From positions 2,560,001 through 2,624,000 of the forward strand of contig OZ241841.1 in the NCBI GenBank assembly GCA_965202665.1: a stretch of 64,000 bases of DNA. The letters are read 5' to 3'. The translations under genes were made by a program, and so were the position numbers. The notes under the pieces were generated by a model. That model did not search any database, had not been told where the DNA came from, and was given only the letters and a program-made list of their open reading frames with translations. Position 1 is the first letter of the stretch; the number at the start of each line of letters is the position of its first letter. Shown here piece after piece: positions 19,529 to 30,123 of the stretch. The DNA comes from Candidatus Spongiisociaceae bacterium (GTDB lineage Bacteria; Actinomycetota; Acidimicrobiia; Spongiisociales; Spongiisociaceae).

Positions 19529-20484
19529 CCGCCCCGCCCGACGGGGCCGACTGGCCTGATTCGTTCGGCGACGCGGGGGAGGAATACCGGGCGGGCCGCC
19601 GCCGGGGGGCGTACGCGGGGGGGACGCGGGCCCTGCTGTGGGCGGAGGGGCCGGATTCCGTGTCGTTTCTGCAGGGCATTCTCAGCCAGGACGTAGCCGG
19701 AATGAAACCCGGTCAGACGGCCCGCTCTTTCCTGCTGGAGCCGCGCGGCAAATTGCAGGATCTGCTGTGGGTGCTGCGGGGGGAGGAGCGGGTGGGTTTG
19801 GTCACCACGCCCGCCCGTTTGCCTGCCACTTTGGCCGCCCTGTCCCGCTGGAAGTTGCGGGTGGCGGCGGAGTTGACGGCCGATCCCCGGCCGGTGTTCG
19901 AAGTGTGGGGTCCGGATGCCCCCGTTCCGTCCGGCAACGGCTGGGACGAAGAGGAGGGGGCGATGGCGGCCGAGTTGGCCGTCTTTCCGATGCGCCGTTG
20001 CCTGTCCGCGGGGCGGAGCCGCCGTTTTCTGGAAGAGGAGGAGGGCATCCGACCCATGGGCCGCCTCGCTTACGACACCCTGCGGGCGGAGGCGGGGGAG
20101 CCGCTGATGGGGGTGGACTTGGATGAGAAAACCATCCCTCAGGAGACCGGCTTGGTCCAAGAGGCGGTCTCCTTCGACAAGGGCTGTTTTTTGGGGCAGG
20201 AGCTGACGGCCCGCATCGACGCCCGGGGCGGCCGGGTCAACCGCCGCTTGCGGGCGGTGCGCATGCCCCGCGCCGACGTTCCCCCGCCGGGCGCCCAGGT
20301 GGAATACGAGGGCCGGACGGCGGGCGTCCTGACCACGGTGGGGTCGGCCAATCCCCGGGGAACGACCGCCCTGTCGTTGCTCCATCGCTCGGTGGAGCCG
20401 GGGACGGAGGTGGAGGTGGTGTGGGAGAAGGGCCGTTTTCCGGCGGAGGCGGAGGAGGTTCCCATACCCTCCCGGCTAGTCTGA
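19525..20484 (+). CDS. ygfZ: YgfZ/GcvT family folate-binding protein
   Basis: 'VSFDKGCFLGQE' YgfZ signature; ATGA overlap with the trpE stop. Confidence 0.88.
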   Translation: MTAPPDGADWPDSFGDAGEEYRAGRRRGAYAGGTRALLWAEGPDSVSFLQGILSQDVAGMKPGQTARSFLLEPRGKLQDLLWVLRGEERVGLVTTPARLPATLAALSRWKLRVAAELTADPRPVFEVWGPDAPVPSGNGWDEEEGAMAAELAVFPMRRCLSAGRSRRFLEEEEGIRPMGRLAYDTLRAEAGEPLMGVDLDEKTIPQETGLVQEAVSFDKGCFLGQELTARIDARGGRVNRRLRAVRMPRADVPPPGAQVEYEGRTAGVLTTVGSANPRGTTALSLLHRSVEPGTEVEVVWEKGRFPAEAEEVPIPSRLV

Positions 20485-20488
20485 CGGC

Positions 20489-21271
20489 ATGCTGGACGAC
20501 ATCCTGGCCGGGGTCCGCCGCCGTCTCCCCATGTTGCAAGCCCTGGAAGGGGAGTTGCGGGCCGCCGCCCAGCGGATGCCCCCCGCCCGGGATTTCCACG
20601 CCGCCTTGGCCGCCCCCGGCCTGTCGGTGATAGCCGAGTTCAAACGGGCCTCCCCGTCCCGGGGGGTCCTCGGCGCCGATATGGACCCGGCGGAGCGGGC
20701 CGGTGAATACGCGGCGGGCGGGGCGGCCGCCCTGTCGGTTCTGACCGAACCGGATTTTTTCATGGGTTCCGGCGAGGATTTGGAGCGTGCTCGGGAAGCG
20801 GCGGATTTGCCGACTTTGCGCAAGGATTTCATTCTGCACCGGGCCCAAGTGTGGGAGACCCGGGCCATGGGGGCGGATGCGCTGTTGCTGATAGCGGCCC
20901 TCTTGGACGACGATTTGTTGCGCCTGTTGCTAAGGGCGGCCCGGACAGCCGGTTTGGCGGCCCTGGTGGAAGTGCACGACCGGGAGGAGGCGGAGCGGGC
21001 CCTGCGGGCGGGGGCGAAGATGGTGGGGGTCAACAACCGGGATCTGCGCACTTTCAAGGTGGATCTGGCCGTTTCCGAACGGCTGGCCCCGTTGCTGGAG
21101 GCGGCGGAGGCGACCGTGGCGGAAAGCGGCGTGCACGGCCCCGGCGACGCGGCCCGCCTGGCCGCCGCCGGTTACGACGGGTTGCTGGTCGGGGAGTATT
21201 TGACCCGTTCCCCCAACCCGGTCTCCGCCTTGCGCAACCTGCGGGGGCCGGCCTCCGGCGGACGGCCATGA
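20489..21271 (+). CDS. trpC: Indole-3-glycerol phosphate synthase
   Basis: '[12 protein letters not shown]', '[10 protein letters not shown]', 'LRKDFI', 'GVNNRDL'. Confidence 0.95.
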   Translation: MLDDILAGVRRRLPMLQALEGELRAAAQRMPPARDFHAALAAPGLSVIAEFKRASPSRGVLGADMDPAERAGEYAAGGAAALSVLTEPDFFMGSGEDLERAREAADLPTLRKDFILHRAQVWETRAMGADALLLIAALLDDDLLRLLLRAARTAGLAALVEVHDREEAERALRAGAKMVGVNNRDLRTFKVDLAVSERLAPLLEAAEATVAESGVHGPGDAARLAAAGYDGLLVGEYLTRSPNPVSALRNLRGPASGGRP

Positions 21272-21891
21272 CCTGGGTGAAAGTGTGCGGTTTGCGCACC
21301 CCCGCCGATGTGGAGGCGGCGGCCGAGGCGGGGGCGGACGCGGCCGGGCTGGTGCTGGTGCCCGACACCCCCCGTTTCCTGACCGTGCCGGAGGCTTCCC
21401 GCTTGGCGGCCCTCTCCGCCCTCCCCTCCGTCATCCTCACCCGCGACATGACCCCGGAACGGTTGGTGGAAACCTGGGAGCGGGTGGGGGCGGCCGGGGT
21501 GCAGCCCTACGGGGAACATCAGGAACGGGCGGGCCGGGCCGCGGCCCGGGCCGGGGCCTTCGTCCTTTATCCGGTGCGGGTGCGGGGCCCGGTGCGGCTG
21601 GAAGCGATTCCGGACGGGCACCTGGCCTTGCTGGACGGCTATGCGCCGGGTTCCCTGGGAGGGGCCGGGGCGGAGGTTCCCGGCGAATGGCTGCCCCCGC
21701 CGGGAAGCCGCTACGTGCTGGCGGGCGGATTGCGGCCCGACAACGTGGCGGCCGCGGTGCGCGCCCGCCGCCCCTGGGGGGTGGACGCCTCCTCCGGCTT
21801 GGAGTCGGCCCCCGGCGTCAAAGACCCGGCCCGCATCGCCGCCTTCGTCCGGGCCGCCAAAGGCCGCACCGCCGGGGCGGAGCCGGCATGA
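21268..21891 (+). CDS. trpF: Phosphoribosylanthranilate isomerase
   Basis: 'WVKVCGL', '[10 protein letters not shown]', '[16 protein letters not shown]'. Confidence 0.93.
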   Translation: MTWVKVCGLRTPADVEAAAEAGADAAGLVLVPDTPRFLTVPEASRLAALSALPSVILTRDMTPERLVETWERVGAAGVQPYGEHQERAGRAAARAGAFVLYPVRVRGPVRLEAIPDGHLALLDGYAPGSLGGAGAEVPGEWLPPPGSRYVLAGGLRPDNVAAAVRARRPWGVDASSGLESAPGVKDPARIAAFVRAAKGRTAGAEPA

Positions 21892-23087
21892 GCGAAGCCC
21901 GCCCCGCCCCGTCCCGCAAACTGGAGCGCCCCGACCGGCGGGGCCGGTTCGGCGAATACGGGGGGCGGTTCGCCCCCGAGACGCTGATGCCCGCTTTGGA
22001 GGAGTTGGCGGAGGCTTTCACCGACGCCTGGTCGGACGCCGGGTTCGCCGACCGGTTTCATAAGTTGCTGCGCTCCTACGCCGGGCGCCCCACTCCGTTG
22101 CACGAGGCCCCGGCCCTGTCCGAACGGTTGGGGGTGCGGGTGTTGCTGAAACGGGAGGACCTGGCCCATACCGGCGCCCATAAAATCAACAACGCCCTGG
22201 GACAGGCCCTGCTGGCGGAGCGAATGGGCAAGCCCCGCCTCATCGCCGAGACCGGAGCCGGCCAGCATGGGGTGGCTTCCGCCACCGCCGCCGCCTACGT
22301 CGGTTTGGAATGCCGGGTGTTCATGGGCGACAAGGACATGGAGCGCCAATCCCTGAACGTGTCTCGGATGCGGATGCTGGGGGCGGAGGTGGTTCCGGTT
22401 TCCTCCGGGGCGGGCACTTTGAAGGACGCCGTCAACGAAGCCATGCGGGACTGGGTGCGCACCGTGCAAACCACCCACTACGTCATCGGGTCGGTGGTGG
22501 GGCCGCATCCTTTCCCGTGGATGGTGCGGGAGTTCCAGAAAGTGATCGGCGAGGAAAGCTTGGATCAGCTGGGGGGCGGGTTGCCGGATACGGTGGTCGC
22601 CTCGGTGGGGGGCGGCTCCAACGCCATCGGCATGTTTTACCCTTTCGCCGGTTTGGTGGGGGTGGAGTTGGTGGGGGTGGAGGCGGCCGGGGAGGGCATG
22701 GAGACCGGGCGGCACGGGGCTTCCATCGGGGCCGGATCGCCGGGGATTCTGCACGGGGCCCGCACCTACATGTTGCAGGACGAGGAAGGGCAGGTGGCGG
22801 AGGCCCATTCCATTTCCGCCGGTTTGGACTATCCGGGGGTGGGGCCGGAGCACGCCTACTTCGCCGACGCCGGTCTGGCCCGCTACGTTTCCATCACCGA
22901 CGAGGAGGCGTTGCGGGGGGTGGAACTGCTGGCCGTCGCCGAAGGGATCATCCCGGCCTTGGAGTCGGCGCACGCCGTGGCTTGGGTGGAGAAAGAGGCC
23001 GCCTCGTTGCGGGGCCGCACCGTGCTCGTCAACCTGTCCGGCCGGGGCGACAAGGACGTGGAGATCATCGCCGGGAAAATCCAATGA
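21888..23087 (+). CDS. trpB: Tryptophan synthase beta chain
   Basis: '[15 protein letters not shown]', 'AETGAGQHG', '[13 protein letters not shown]', 'NLSGRGDKD'. Confidence 0.97.
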   Translation: MSEARPAPSRKLERPDRRGRFGEYGGRFAPETLMPALEELAEAFTDAWSDAGFADRFHKLLRSYAGRPTPLHEAPALSERLGVRVLLKREDLAHTGAHKINNALGQALLAERMGKPRLIAETGAGQHGVASATAAAYVGLECRVFMGDKDMERQSLNVSRMRMLGAEVVPVSSGAGTLKDAVNEAMRDWVRTVQTTHYVIGSVVGPHPFPWMVREFQKVIGEESLDQLGGGLPDTVVASVGGGSNAIGMFYPFAGLVGVELVGVEAAGEGMETGRHGASIGAGSPGILHGARTYMLQDEEGQVAEAHSISAGLDYPGVGPEHAYFADAGLARYVSITDEEALRGVELLAVAEGIIPALESAHAVAWVEKEAASLRGRTVLVNLSGRGDKDVEIIAGKIQ

Positions 23088-23902
23088 GCCGGGAGGCCCT
23101 GGTTTCGCTGTTGACGGAGGCGCGGGAGTCGGGGGGCGCCGCTTTCATGCCTTTTATGACCGCCGGGTTGCCCTCCCCGGAGCGGGCGGTGGACATTTTC
23201 GTGGCCATGGCCGAAGCGGGGGCGGACGCCTTCGAGGTGGGCATCCCCTACAGCGACCCGCTGATGGACGGCCCGGTCATTCAGGAGGGCAACGACCGGG
23301 CTTTGCGGTCGGGCGTGACTTTGCGGTCGGGCCTGGAGACGCTGAGCCGGGTGACGGAGGCCACCGGCCGCCCCGCCCTGGCCATGTCCTACGCCAACCC
23401 GGTGTTCCGCATCGGACCCCGCCGGTTCGCCCGCTGGGCGGCCGAGGCGGGGGCGGCCGGCCTGATCGTGGCCGACTTGCCGTTGGAGGAGTCCCCACCG
23501 GTGGCGGAAGCCGTCGCCGAAGCCGGGATCGGCTTGGTTCTGTTCGCCGCCCCCACCACCGCCGAGGCCCGCCTGTCCCGGATTGCGGAGGCCGGCCCGG
23601 TGTTCATCTACGGGGTGGCGGAGATGGGGGTGACCGGCGAACGGGAGGCATCCTCCGACCATCCCCGGAGTTTGGCTTCCCGCATCCGCGCGCTGACCGA
23701 TGTCCCGCTGGTGATGGGGGTGGGGATCAGCTCCCCGGAACAGGCGGCGGCCATCGCCCCCTACGCCGACGGGGTGATCGTCGGCTCGGCCCTGGTGCGC
23801 CGCGCCCTGAGCTCCCGCGATCCGGTGGCGGACGCCGCCGCCGCCGCCGCCCGCCTGGCCCAAGCCCTGCATTCTCCGCAAGCCGTTGGGAATAGCGTAT
23901 AA
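23084..23902 (+). CDS. trpA: Tryptophan synthase alpha chain
   Basis: '[17 protein letters not shown]', 'MGVTG', '[11 protein letters not shown]'. Confidence 0.96.
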   Translation: MSREALVSLLTEARESGGAAFMPFMTAGLPSPERAVDIFVAMAEAGADAFEVGIPYSDPLMDGPVIQEGNDRALRSGVTLRSGLETLSRVTEATGRPALAMSYANPVFRIGPRRFARWAAEAGAAGLIVADLPLEESPPVAEAVAEAGIGLVLFAAPTTAEARLSRIAEAGPVFIYGVAEMGVTGEREASSDHPRSLASRIRALTDVPLVMGVGISSPEQAAAIAPYADGVIVGSALVRRALSSRDPVADAAAAAARLAQALHSPQAVGNSV

Positions 23903-23903
23903 T
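23898..23903 (+). promoter_or_regulatory. Probable -10 box (TATAAT) of the tRNA promoter
   Basis: Perfect TATAAT 25 nt upstream of the tRNA, overlapping the trpA stop. Confidence 0.5.
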
Positions 23904-23928
23904 GAGACAGCGGGGCAATGACCCCAAG

Positions 23929-24016
23929 GCCGGGATGGCGGAATTTGGTAGACGCGCTGGATTCAAAATCCAGTGCCCGCAAGGGCGTATGGGTTCGAGT
24001 CCCATTCCCGGTACCA
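23929..24016 (+). tRNA. tRNA-Leu (anticodon CAA)
   Basis: Acceptor stem GCCGGGA/TCCCGGT, anticodon arm CTGGA-TTCAAAA-TCCAG, long variable arm, GGTTCGAGTCC T-arm, encoded CCA. Confidence 0.97.
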
Positions 24017-24019
24017 CCA

Positions 24020-24035
24020 CCTCCCCGAGGGGAGG
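24020..24035 (+). terminator. GC-rich hairpin just after the tRNA (possible terminator or processing signal)
   Basis: CCTCCC-CGAG-GGGAGG; no U-tract. Confidence 0.4.
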
Positions 24036-24199
24036 GGTCGGAATAACCGTCTAACCGTTCTGATGGATGAAGGCTTGGAAAGTCGTCACCCAGCAGTCGA
24101 CCTTAGGCGGAACACTATTGTCCTTTTTGTATTATTTCTTTTCTATAATAAGTGTTAATGATAGATAACTCTACCTTCAACAGACATCTGGGTTACTGG

Positions 24200-24484
24200 A
24201 TGCATGCTGATGAACATCCTTTGCCGCGTGGCTGGGTCCGGCTTAAAATCAATCCTTCCGCCTTGAGAAGAATGGCCGCAGAGCAGATACTGGAGGTTCT
24301 GAATGACTCAGAAGCGGAGTTCTTATGGGTTCATAGTGGGGACCCGCACCGAGAATATTTCCATGTATTACGGGTTACACAAGATGTAATCGACCATTTG
24401 GTTTGCGCCGAGACACATCAGACGCAGAGGCTATGGTGTTTCACAGTTGCCAGGGGATTTGCGGATCCTCTAGGCGTGTTATAA
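24200..24484 (+). CDS. Hypothetical protein, putative toxin-like; paralog of 6691-7065 (alternative starts 24152/24158)
   Basis: Starting at ATG 24200, 'MHADEHPLPRGW' aligns without gaps to 'MSRDRYSLPFGW'; also shares SA, RRM and ILEVL. Confidence 0.55.
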   Translation: MHADEHPLPRGWVRLKINPSALRRMAAEQILEVLNDSEAEFLWVHSGDPHREYFHVLRVTQDVIDHLVCAETHQTQRLWCFTVARGFADPLGVL

Positions 24485-24491
24485 TAAAAGC

Positions 24492-24758
24492 ATGACTGAA
24501 GCGGATAGGGAGTCTGTGATGGCCCCGGTTGCCGGGAGGGTTGAGGTTGCTGATCCTCCAAGCTGGTTTGACGATCCGGCCAACCAGGTTGCGATAGAAG
24601 AATGGGTTGCGTCAGTGGAGCGGGGCGACTCGGACCATGCGGCGGCGGTGGAGGAACTTGTCCGTAGGTGGGAGGCGAAAGGATGGCGGATCGTTCCTGG
24701 CGAGCAACCGGGGGACCCGCCGCGCGGGGTGCGCATCGGGGAGACGGAAAGCAAATAA
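24492..24758 (+). CDS. Small hypothetical protein, putative antitoxin-like; paralog of 6459-6707
   Basis: 'ADPPSWFDD' vs 'ADPNHWFND'; 'EELVRRWEAKG' vs 'EAMRRMAARG'. Confidence 0.6.
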   Translation: MTEADRESVMAPVAGRVEVADPPSWFDDPANQVAIEEWVASVERGDSDHAAAVEELVRRWEAKGWRIVPGEQPGDPPRGVRIGETESK

Positions 24759-24832
24759 CTCAAGCTCGCGGCCTTTGCGGGCGTTTGTTTCTGTAGTGAT
24801 TTTAGGTGGCGGGGGCGGGCTACGATTGGCCT

Positions 24833-27481
24833 ATGTCGCTTTTGGCGTTGCTTGACGGGCACAGCCTGGCCTACCGGGCTTTCTACGCCCTGCCCGAAAC
24901 TTTGGCCACCGCCTCCGGGCAGGTGACCAACGCCGTCTACGGGTTCACCTCCATGCTCATCAAACTGCTGGGGGACCACTCGCCGGACGGGTTGGCGGTG
25001 GCGTGGGACGCGGGGCGGGACACCTTCCGCACCGAGCAGTTCCCCGAGTACAAGGCGCAACGGTCCGCCGCCCCGGATTCGTTCCGCAGTCAGCTCCCGC
25101 TAATCCAAGAGGTGCTGGAGGCGATGGGGATCCCCCAGTTGAAGCGCGAAAACTACGAGGCGGACGATGTGATCGCCACTTTGGCCCGCCGGGCGGAGGC
25201 GGACGGGTGGGAGGTGCTGGTGGTGACCGGCGACCGGGACAGCTTCCAGTTGGTCACCCCGGGCATCAAAGTGCTGTACACCCGCCGGGGCATCACCGAC
25301 ACGGTGCTGGCCGACGCCGCCTGGATCGAAGAAAAGTACGGGGTGCGGCCCGACCAGTACTTGGAGTACGCCGCCCTGCGGGGAGACTCCTCCGACAACC
25401 TGCCCGGCGTGCCGGGGGTGGGGGAGAAAACCGCTTCCCGGCTGGTGGCCGCCTACGGGGATGTGGACGGGGTGTTCGCCCATCTGGAGGAGGAGAAACC
25501 CAAACTGCGGGAGAGCCTGGCCGTGCATCGCGGGCAGGTGCTGGACAACCGCCGGTTGATGGCCTTGGTGGACGACCTGGAATTGGAGTTCGCCCCCGGC
25601 GATTTGGAGCGCCGCCCCCCGCACCGGGAGGCCCTGCAAACGGTGTTCGACCGGCTGGAGTTCGCCACTTTGTGGGAACGGCTCGCCGAATTGGAGGGCG
25701 GAATTCCCGGCCCGGTCCAAAACCGGACTTTGGAGGTGGAGGTGCGGGAGTTGCAAACCGCCGGACAGGTGCGGAAGTTGGCGGAAAGCGGGGGGCTGGC
25801 GGTGGAGCCGGTGCGCGACGGAAGCCGTTTGGCGGGTTTGGCGGCCGCCCCCGAACCGGCGGACGAAGAAGCGGGCCCGCAACCGGTGTTCTACGTTCCG
25901 GCCTCGTTGCTGGGGGAACTGGCCCCCGCCTTGGCCGACCCGGATTTTCCCCTGTCGGCCCATGGAGTCAAAAGTTTGGTTAGGGACCTGCTGGACGCCG
26001 GGGCGGGGGAGGCGGCCGGTTTGGCCTTCGACTCGGAGTTGGCCGCCTATCTGCTCAACCCGGCCAGCCGGCGCAACGCTTTGGAGGACCTGGCCCGGCA
26101 ACGGCTGGGCGCGGAGTTGACGGCGGCGGACGACGGCGGCGATTCCGAATCCCAAGGGGCCCTTGATTTCACCGCCGGCCCCGATTTGACGGCGGCCGCC
26201 CGCCGGGCGGTGGCGGTCCGCCGGTTGCGCCCCCTCATGGAAGCGGAGTTGGCGGAGACCGGCCAACTGGAGTTGCTGTCCGGCATGGAACTGCCCCTGG
26301 CTCCGGCCCTGGCCCGGATGGAACGGACGGGCATCCGCGTGGACCGCCCCTACCTGGAACAGCTGGGCGATTCCCTGCGGGAGGAGCTGTCCGCCCTGGA
26401 AAACGAAATATACGAGGAGGCGGGTGGCCCTTTCAAAATCAATTCCACCCTGCAATTGCGCAAAGTCCTGTACGAAGACCTGCGCTTGCCGGTTTCCAAA
26501 AAAACCCCCAAAGGGGCGCCCAGCACCGACGCCTCGGTGCTGGCCAAACTGGAGGGGGCGCATCCCATCATCGGCAAACTGCTCGGCTTCCGGGAGCGGG
26601 AGAAACTGCGCAGCACCTACGTGGACGGCTACCTGCCGCTCATCGGGGAGGACGGACGCATCCGGGCCCGCTTCAACCAGACCGCCGCCGCCACCGGACG
26701 GCTCTCCTCCGACCATCCCAACTTGCAGAATATTCCGGTGCGCTCCGAACGGGGACGCACCATCCGCCGGGCCTTCATCCCCCGGGAGGGGTGGCGGTTC
26801 GTGGTGGCCGACTATTCGCAGATCGAGTTGCGGATTCTGGCCCACCTGTCCCAGGACCGGGGCCTGCTGGCCGCTTTCGCCGCCGGGGAGGACATCCACG
26901 CCGCCACCGCGGCCGGAGTGTTCGACGTTCCCATGGAGGCGGTCACCCCCGAGTTGCGGAGACGGGCCAAAGGCATCAATTTCGGCCTGCTGTACGGGAT
27001 GGAATCTTTCGGTTTGGCGGAACGGCTGGAAATCAGCCGGGAGGAGGCGGCCGGGCATATGGACGACTATTTCGCCCAGTTCCCCCAAGTGCGGGACTTT
27101 TTGGACAAGATGGTGGAAGACGCCCGCCGCGCCGGTTACACCACCACCATCTTCGGACGGCGCCGTTACCTGCCGGAGCTGTCCTCCGATGACTACCGGG
27201 TTCGGCAGATGGGGGAGCGCATGGCCCTCAACGCCCCGGTGCAGGGTTCGGCGGCCGACATCATCAAACTGGCCATGGTGGAGTTGGATCGCCGGTTGCC
27301 GGAAGTGGAGGCCGCCCTGCTCCTGCAAGTGCATGACGAGCTGGTGTTGGAGGCGGCCCCGGGGGCGGCGGGGGCGGCGGCGCAGCTGGTGACGGAGGTG
27401 ATGGAGGGGGTGGTCTCGTTGGATGTGGCGCTGACGGTGGATATCGCCACCGGCTCCGATTTGGCTTCGGTGAAAGGTTAG
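24833..27481 (+). CDS. polA: DNA polymerase I
   Basis: 5'-3' exonuclease 'LLDGHSLAYRAFYALP', 'EADDVIAT'; polymerase motifs 'TGRLSS..PNLQNIP', 'ADYSQIELR', 'LQVHDEL'. Confidence 0.98.
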   Translation: MSLLALLDGHSLAYRAFYALPETLATASGQVTNAVYGFTSMLIKLLGDHSPDGLAVAWDAGRDTFRTEQFPEYKAQRSAAPDSFRSQLPLIQEVLEAMGIPQLKRENYEADDVIATLARRAEADGWEVLVVTGDRDSFQLVTPGIKVLYTRRGITDTVLADAAWIEEKYGVRPDQYLEYAALRGDSSDNLPGVPGVGEKTASRLVAAYGDVDGVFAHLEEEKPKLRESLAVHRGQVLDNRRLMALVDDLELEFAPGDLERRPPHREALQTVFDRLEFATLWERLAELEGGIPGPVQNRTLEVEVRELQTAGQVRKLAESGGLAVEPVRDGSRLAGLAAAPEPADEEAGPQPVFYVPASLLGELAPALADPDFPLSAHGVKSLVRDLLDAGAGEAAGLAFDSELAAYLLNPASRRNALEDLARQRLGAELTAADDGGDSESQGALDFTAGPDLTAAARRAVAVRRLRPLMEAELAETGQLELLSGMELPLAPALARMERTGIRVDRPYLEQLGDSLREELSALENEIYEEAGGPFKINSTLQLRKVLYEDLRLPVSKKTPKGAPSTDASVLAKLEGAHPIIGKLLGFREREKLRSTYVDGYLPLIGEDGRIRARFNQTAAATGRLSSDHPNLQNIPVRSERGRTIRRAFIPREGWRFVVADYSQIELRILAHLSQDRGLLAAFAAGEDIHAATAAGVFDVPMEAVTPELRRRAKGINFGLLYGMESFGLAERLEISREEAAGHMDDYFAQFPQVRDFLDKMVEDARRAGYTTTIFGRRRYLPELSSDDYRVRQMGERMALNAPVQGSAADIIKLAMVELDRRLPEVEAALLLQVHDELVLEAAPGAAGAAAQLVTEVMEGVVSLDVALTVDIATGSDLASVKG

Positions 27482-27644
27482 TTTCCCGGATGCGCTATCC
27501 TGCCCGGAGGCGGGGACGCGTTCTCGGCTTTCTCAACTTTTTGATACTCCCGCCCGAAATGATGCTACGCTTTACCGCATCCCTGTGGACGCGATCAGGC
27601 GTCCGCTTAGAAATCCAAATCCCCCGAAGGTGAAAAATAAACAC

Positions 27645-29501
27645 ATGACGAACATCGAGCACGGCGCCCCGTCCGACGACACGGCGTCCCCCCCCGGCGC
27701 CGTCGGCCAAGAAGCCGACCGGGACCTCAAGGCAGAGGAGTCGGCGCCCATCCCGGAACAGGCCGCCGCCGAGGTCGCAACCCATCCAGCCCCGGTTCCG
27801 GAAACCCCCGCACCCGTCGCGATGGAGGAGGACGCGTCCGGGGAACCAACCCCCGAACCCGTTTCCGGCCCCCATCCGCCCCCGGAGGCCGCCGCCCCTC
27901 CGCCCGCCGCCGAGCCCTCCCCGGATGACCCTCCCGCCGCGGAGTCCCCCATTCCCCAAGAGGAGAACGAGGAAGAAGCCGCAACCAATGCCGGTTCCGA
28001 CCCCGACCCCGATGTTTCACCTGACTACGCGGCGACGGAGCCCCCGCCCCCTTCGGCCGACGCTCCGGTTGCGACGGGGGGCGATGTCCCGGAGGCCGCC
28101 CCCGATCTCGCCGCCGCGGATATTTCCGGCCCGGCCCCCGACCAGCCCGCCGCGGCCCCCTCCTCGCCGTCCGACCCGTCCCCGGCGGAGCCCGGCGGCG
28201 GCCCGGATTCGGCGGAGGGCCCGCCCGCCATCAAGGCCCGCAGCGTCAGTTCCCTCCCCGACGACATCGGCCCCGAAGATTTCGAATCGGCCATCGCCGA
28301 AACGGTGCCGGAGTTCAAAGACGGCGACATCATCGAAGGCCGGGTGGTCAACATCTCCCAAGACGAGGTGCTGGTGGACATCGGATACAAGTCGGAGGGG
28401 GTGGTTCCCCTGCGGGAGTTGTCCATCCGCAAAAACGTTCCGCCCAGCGAAGTGGTTGAAATGGGGCAGGTCATCGAGGTGCTGGTGTTGGAGAAGGAGG
28501 ATGAGGACGGCCGTCTGATCCTGTCCATGAAGCGGGCCCAGTACGAGCGGGCCTGGGGGCGCATCGAGAGTTTGCGCACCGGGGGGGATACGGTGAAAGG
28601 GGTGGTGATCGAAGTGGTGAAAGGCGGGTTGATCGTGGACATCGGCCTGCGGGGTTTCCTGCCCGCTTCGCTGATCGATCTGCGCCGGGTGCGGGATTTG
28701 GACCAGTTCGTGAACCAGGAAATAGAAGCGAAGGTGATCGAGTTGGACCGCAACCGCAACAACGTAGTGCTGTCCCGCCGGGCCCATTTGGAGGAGGAGA
28801 AGGCCGAGCAACGCACCGCCTTCATGGACAATTTGAAGGAAGGCGAGGTGCGGGAGGGCAGCATTTCGTCGGTGGTCGCCTTCGGGGCTTTCGTCGACTT
28901 GGGCGGCATGGACGGGCTGGTGCATGTTTCCGAACTGAGTTGGCAACATGTCAATCATCCGTCCGAGGTGGTAAAAGTGGGGGAGAACGTGACCGTAAAA
29001 GTGCTGGAGATCGACCGGGAACGCACTCGTATTTCCCTGTCCATCAAGCAGACCACCGAAGACCCGTGGCAGGCTTTCGTCGCCTCCACCGAGGTGGGGG
29101 TGGTTCTGGAAGGGACGGTGATCAAGACCGTTCCGTTCGGGGCCTTCGTGTCGGTCGGCCACGGGGTGGAGGGCCTGGTGCATGTGTCGGAGATAGCCAT
29201 GCACCGGGTGGAGTCCCCGGAGATGGAACTGTCCATCGGGCAGAACGTGACGGTGAAGTTGACCGAATTGGACGAGGCGCGCCGCCGGGCCAGTTTTTCC
29301 ATCAAGCAGGCCCTGCCCAACTATTCGCCTTCGCAACCTTCGGACGGCCCCCGTCCCCCCCGTCGCCACGCCGCCCCGCCCAAGGTGCGCGAGTTCGAAT
29401 CCGAGGACAAAGGGGACGAGGAGGAACCCAAGTCGGTGGAGGTGGACGCTTCTTTGGAGGAGATTCTCCAAGAACTCAAAGAGCGCGGCATCGGCCGCTG
29501 A
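27645..29501 (+). CDS. rpsA: 30S ribosomal protein S1 with a long acidic Pro/Ala-rich N-terminal extension
   Basis: Four S1 domains ('VDIGYKSEG', 'GLRGFLPASL', 'GGMDGLVHVSELSW', 'EGLVHVSE'); polA-rpsA-coaE synteny; start uncertain. Confidence 0.95.
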   Translation: MTNIEHGAPSDDTASPPGAVGQEADRDLKAEESAPIPEQAAAEVATHPAPVPETPAPVAMEEDASGEPTPEPVSGPHPPPEAAAPPPAAEPSPDDPPAAESPIPQEENEEEAATNAGSDPDPDVSPDYAATEPPPPSADAPVATGGDVPEAAPDLAAADISGPAPDQPAAAPSSPSDPSPAEPGGGPDSAEGPPAIKARSVSSLPDDIGPEDFESAIAETVPEFKDGDIIEGRVVNISQDEVLVDIGYKSEGVVPLRELSIRKNVPPSEVVEMGQVIEVLVLEKEDEDGRLILSMKRAQYERAWGRIESLRTGGDTVKGVVIEVVKGGLIVDIGLRGFLPASLIDLRRVRDLDQFVNQEIEAKVIELDRNRNNVVLSRRAHLEEEKAEQRTAFMDNLKEGEVREGSISSVVAFGAFVDLGGMDGLVHVSELSWQHVNHPSEVVKVGENVTVKVLEIDRERTRISLSIKQTTEDPWQAFVASTEVGVVLEGTVIKTVPFGAFVSVGHGVEGLVHVSEIAMHRVESPEMELSIGQNVTVKLTELDEARRRASFSIKQALPNYSPSQPSDGPRPPRRHAAPPKVREFESEDKGDEEEPKSVEVDASLEEILQELKERGIGR

Positions 29502-29508
29502 GTCCGCA

Positions 29509-30123
29509 ATGGGGCGGATGGCGGCTTCCCGCCCGGTTCGGATTATGGTGTGCGGGGGGATCGGTTCCGGCAAGTCGGCGGCGGGCGGGTTGTTGGCGGA
29601 ACGGGGTTTTACGGTGATCGACGCCGACCGGGTGGGGCACGGCCTGTTGGAGCCGGGTCATCCGGTGGCCGGTCGGGTGGCGGCCCGTTGGCCGCAGGCG
29701 GCGACGGGGGGCCGCGTGAACCGTTCGCTTTTGGGGGGGATGGTGTTCGCCGACCCGGAGCAGTTGCGGGAGTTGGAGGCGATGACCCATCCCGAGATCG
29801 GCCGCCTCATCCGAGAGCGGGCCGCCCGGGCCGGGGGGTCGCCGGCGGCGGTGGAAGTGCCCGTGCTGAGGGGGGTGGCGGATGTTCTGTCGGAGGAGGG
29901 TTGGCTGCGGGTGGTGGTGGACGCCCCCGACGAGATGCGCCGCGCCCGCCTGGCGCAACGGGGAATGGCCGAGGGGGACATCGAGCTCCGCATGGCCGCC
30001 CAACCCACCCGCGAGCAGTGGCGGGCCGCCGCCGACTTTCTGCTCCCCAACCGAGATTCCCTCCGCGCTCTGGAGCGGGAAGTGGACGGGTTGCTGTCCT
30101 GGCTGAACGCCCGCCCCGGTTGA
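29509..30123 (+). CDS. coaE: Dephospho-CoA kinase
   Basis: 'GGIGSGKS', 'VIDAD', 'LEAMTHPEI', 'RMAAQ'. Confidence 0.95.
   Translation: MGRMAASRPVRIMVCGGIGSGKSAAGGLLAERGFTVIDADRVGHGLLEPGHPVAGRVAARWPQAATGGRVNRSLLGGMVFADPEQLRELEAMTHPEIGRLIRERAARAGGSPAAVEVPVLRGVADVLSEEGWLRVVVDAPDEMRRARLAQRGMAEGDIELRMAAQPTREQWRAAADFLLPNRDSLRALEREVDGLLSWLNARPG

Noticed and set aside
23990-24830. Integrative element or prophage at tRNA-Leu
   Set aside because: No integrase, no phage genes and no duplicated tRNA 3' end were seen in the window.
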